From contig NC_043004.1 of the NCBI RefSeq assembly GCF_006345805.1, positions 93,000,001-93,064,000 of the forward strand: a stretch of DNA of 64,000 nt, written 5' to 3'. The position numbers and the translations under genes are program-made. This DNA comes from Octopus sinensis. Taxonomy: Eukaryota. Under the pieces are notes generated by a model. The model saw only the letters and a list, made by a program, of their open reading frames with translations, was not told the DNA's origin and did no database searches. Positions 61,598 to 64,000 of the stretch are shown here, piece by piece (the first letter of the stretch is position 1; the number at the start of each line of letters is the position of its first letter).

Positions 61598-62527
61598 AGG
61601 AGGTGGTGAAGCACGACTTTCGAACTTTAGGCCTCACTGAGGAAATGACCAGAGACCGAGACCTTTGGAAATATTCTGTACGTGAGAAGACCAGGCAGGA
61701 CAAGTGAGCCCAGCCCACTTATGAATGCCTTTCCTCCCTTGGACACAAAGACCGGTTGAGGCAAGCGAAGTCGATATAGAACCTCATCCGACGACAGACA
61801 CCCATGCCAACACCCCATGCTTGCGAAGACATGTTGGGGCAAGCGAAATCGAAATCGAAACCGAATTGAACCAGCCAGGATCCCTGGCCTGGTGGTACGT
61901 AAAAAGCACTATCCGACTCGTGGCCGTGGCACGTAAAATACTCCAATGCGACCGTACGACAGGCACCCATGCCAACCCCCTTGCTTGTGAAGACATGTTG
62001 GGGCAAGCAAAATCGAAATCGAATTGAACCAGCCAGGATCCCTGTCTGGTGGTACGTAAAAAGCACTATCCGACTCGTGGCCGTGGCACGTAAAATACTC
62101 CAATGCGACCGTACGACAGGCACCCATGCCAACCCCCTTTGCTTGTGAGGACATGTTGGGGCAAGCGAAATCGAAATCGAATTGAACCAGCCAGGATCCC
62201 TGGTCTGGTGGTACGTAAAAAGCACTATCCGACTCGTGGCCGATGCCAGCACCGCCTCGACTGGCTTCCGTGCCGGTGGCACATAAAATACACCAATCTG
62301 ACCGTGGCCGTTGCCAGCCCCGCCTGGCACCTGTGCAGGTGGCACGTAAAAAGCACCCACTACACTCACGGAGTAGTTGGCGTTAGGAAGGGCATCCAGC
62401 TGTAGAAACATTGCCAGATTAGACTGGAGCCTGGTGCAGCCTTCTGGCTTCCCAGAACTCCGGTCGAACCGTCCAACCCATGCTAGCATGGAGAACGGAC
62501 GTTAAACGACGATGATGATGATGATGA
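61598..62527 (+). mobile_element. RTE family-1 3' end whose UTR holds about 2.8 tandem copies of a ~160-bp unit
   Basis: ORF2 end at 61598-61710. Units start at 61799, 61964 and 62121 (cacccatgccaacccc...). Shared tail ends gatgatgatgatgatg. Confidence 0.85.
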
Positions 62528-62773
62528 ACATTGGAATGCAATGCAAACTTTGAATCTGTCAAACTGTCTTACCCATGTTAGCATGGAACATGGATGGTAA
62601 GTGGTAATCTGTGAGAGATATATATAATAAATATGTATATATATCATCATCATCTTCGTTTAACGTCTGTTTTCCGCGCTAGCACAGGTTGGATGGTTCG
62701 ACCAGGCTCCAGTCTGATCTGGCAGTGTTTCTACAGCTGGATGCCCTTCCTAATGCCAACCACTCCACGAGTG

Positions 62774-62833
<60 letters not shown>

Positions 62834-62900
62834 AATCAAAAAACATAAAAATAAACAAGTTTTTGACGGTTTTATAGATATTTCAAAATTATGATGCTAA

Positions 62901-63245
<345 letters not shown>

Positions 63246-63454
63246 TAATTTTCACTGCAAAATAGTTCTATCTGTTAATTCATTCCTTGTACAAGTTGTT
63301 AGTAACATACTTTTAAAATGTTCTCTGTTTGATTATTAGTTGAGCAAACATATTTTACAAGCACAAGGACACAGACTTTAGAGGAGGTTTTAATTAGTTT
63401 TATCAACTTTAGTACTTAGGTGATACTTATTTCAGCAATTCAGCTCGCTCCCAT

Positions 63455-63670
63455 CATAGTCCTTTCTACTATAGGCACAAGGTCTAGATTTTGTGGAGAG
63501 GGGAACAAGTGATCACATTGACCCCAGTACTCAACTGGTACTTAATTTATTGATCCCAAAAGGATGAAAGGCAAAGTCGACCCTGGTGGAATTTGAACTC
63601 AGAACATCGTGGCAAATGAAATACTGCTAAGCATTTCACCTGATGTAATAATTCTGCCAGCTCGCCATAA
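63455..63670 (-). mobile_element. SINE-like family A
   Basis: Reverse-complement homolog of 16039-16274. Confidence 0.8.
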
Positions 63671-64000
63671 TAATGAAAGCTTCCTTTGAGGGGATTTGAA
63701 CTCTGACTGTGAAGAGATATGGTTATTTGCTACAAGGCATTTGTCTGCTGCTCTACTAATTCTGCTGTCTATTACTTGTAAAATATGATAAAAGCACCCG
63801 TACCAATGCCACATGAAAAGCACCCATGCCAGTGCCACATAGGAAACACCTATGCCTGAGCCACATAAAAAGCACTCGTGTTGGTGCCATGTAAAAAGCT
63901 CTGTAAAGTGGTTAGTGTTAGGAAGGACAACCAGCTGTAGAAACCATACCAAAACAGATGACTAGAGCCTGGTGCAGCCCTCTGGCTTGCCAGCTCATGT

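Overview
AT-rich, repeat-dense eukaryotic DNA. The SINE/RTE repertoire and microsatellite load suggest a cephalopod, most likely Octopus (inference from recognising the repeats; no search was run). The window lies largely or wholly inside one + strand gene, a BIG1/BIG2-family large Arf-GEF (ARFGEF1/2, Sec7 family). I can assemble 14 coding exons with GT-AG boundaries and mutually compatible phases, from the DCB domain (13291) to the HUS region (63203). The start codon and the Sec7 domain were not found in the window. The most striking feature is in the DCB-HUS linker: six tandemly duplicated, frame-symmetric (phase 0-0) mini-exons of 60-66 nt (30772-43050). Each encodes a charged DQEKQKDKQxxKxxKKSESDLE repeat and sits in its own 1-3 kb duplicated intron unit, with hints of a three-exon higher-order duplication. 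The introns also hold minimal hammerhead-ribozyme-like motifs sharing a non-canonical CCGAYGA core, a family of AT-rich fold-back elements inserted in (TA)n, a perfect 98-bp inverted repeat, three RTE-clade LINE families, mariner and hAT remnants, TTAA-flanked MITEs and many SINE-like repeats. All coordinates and translations were read by eye.
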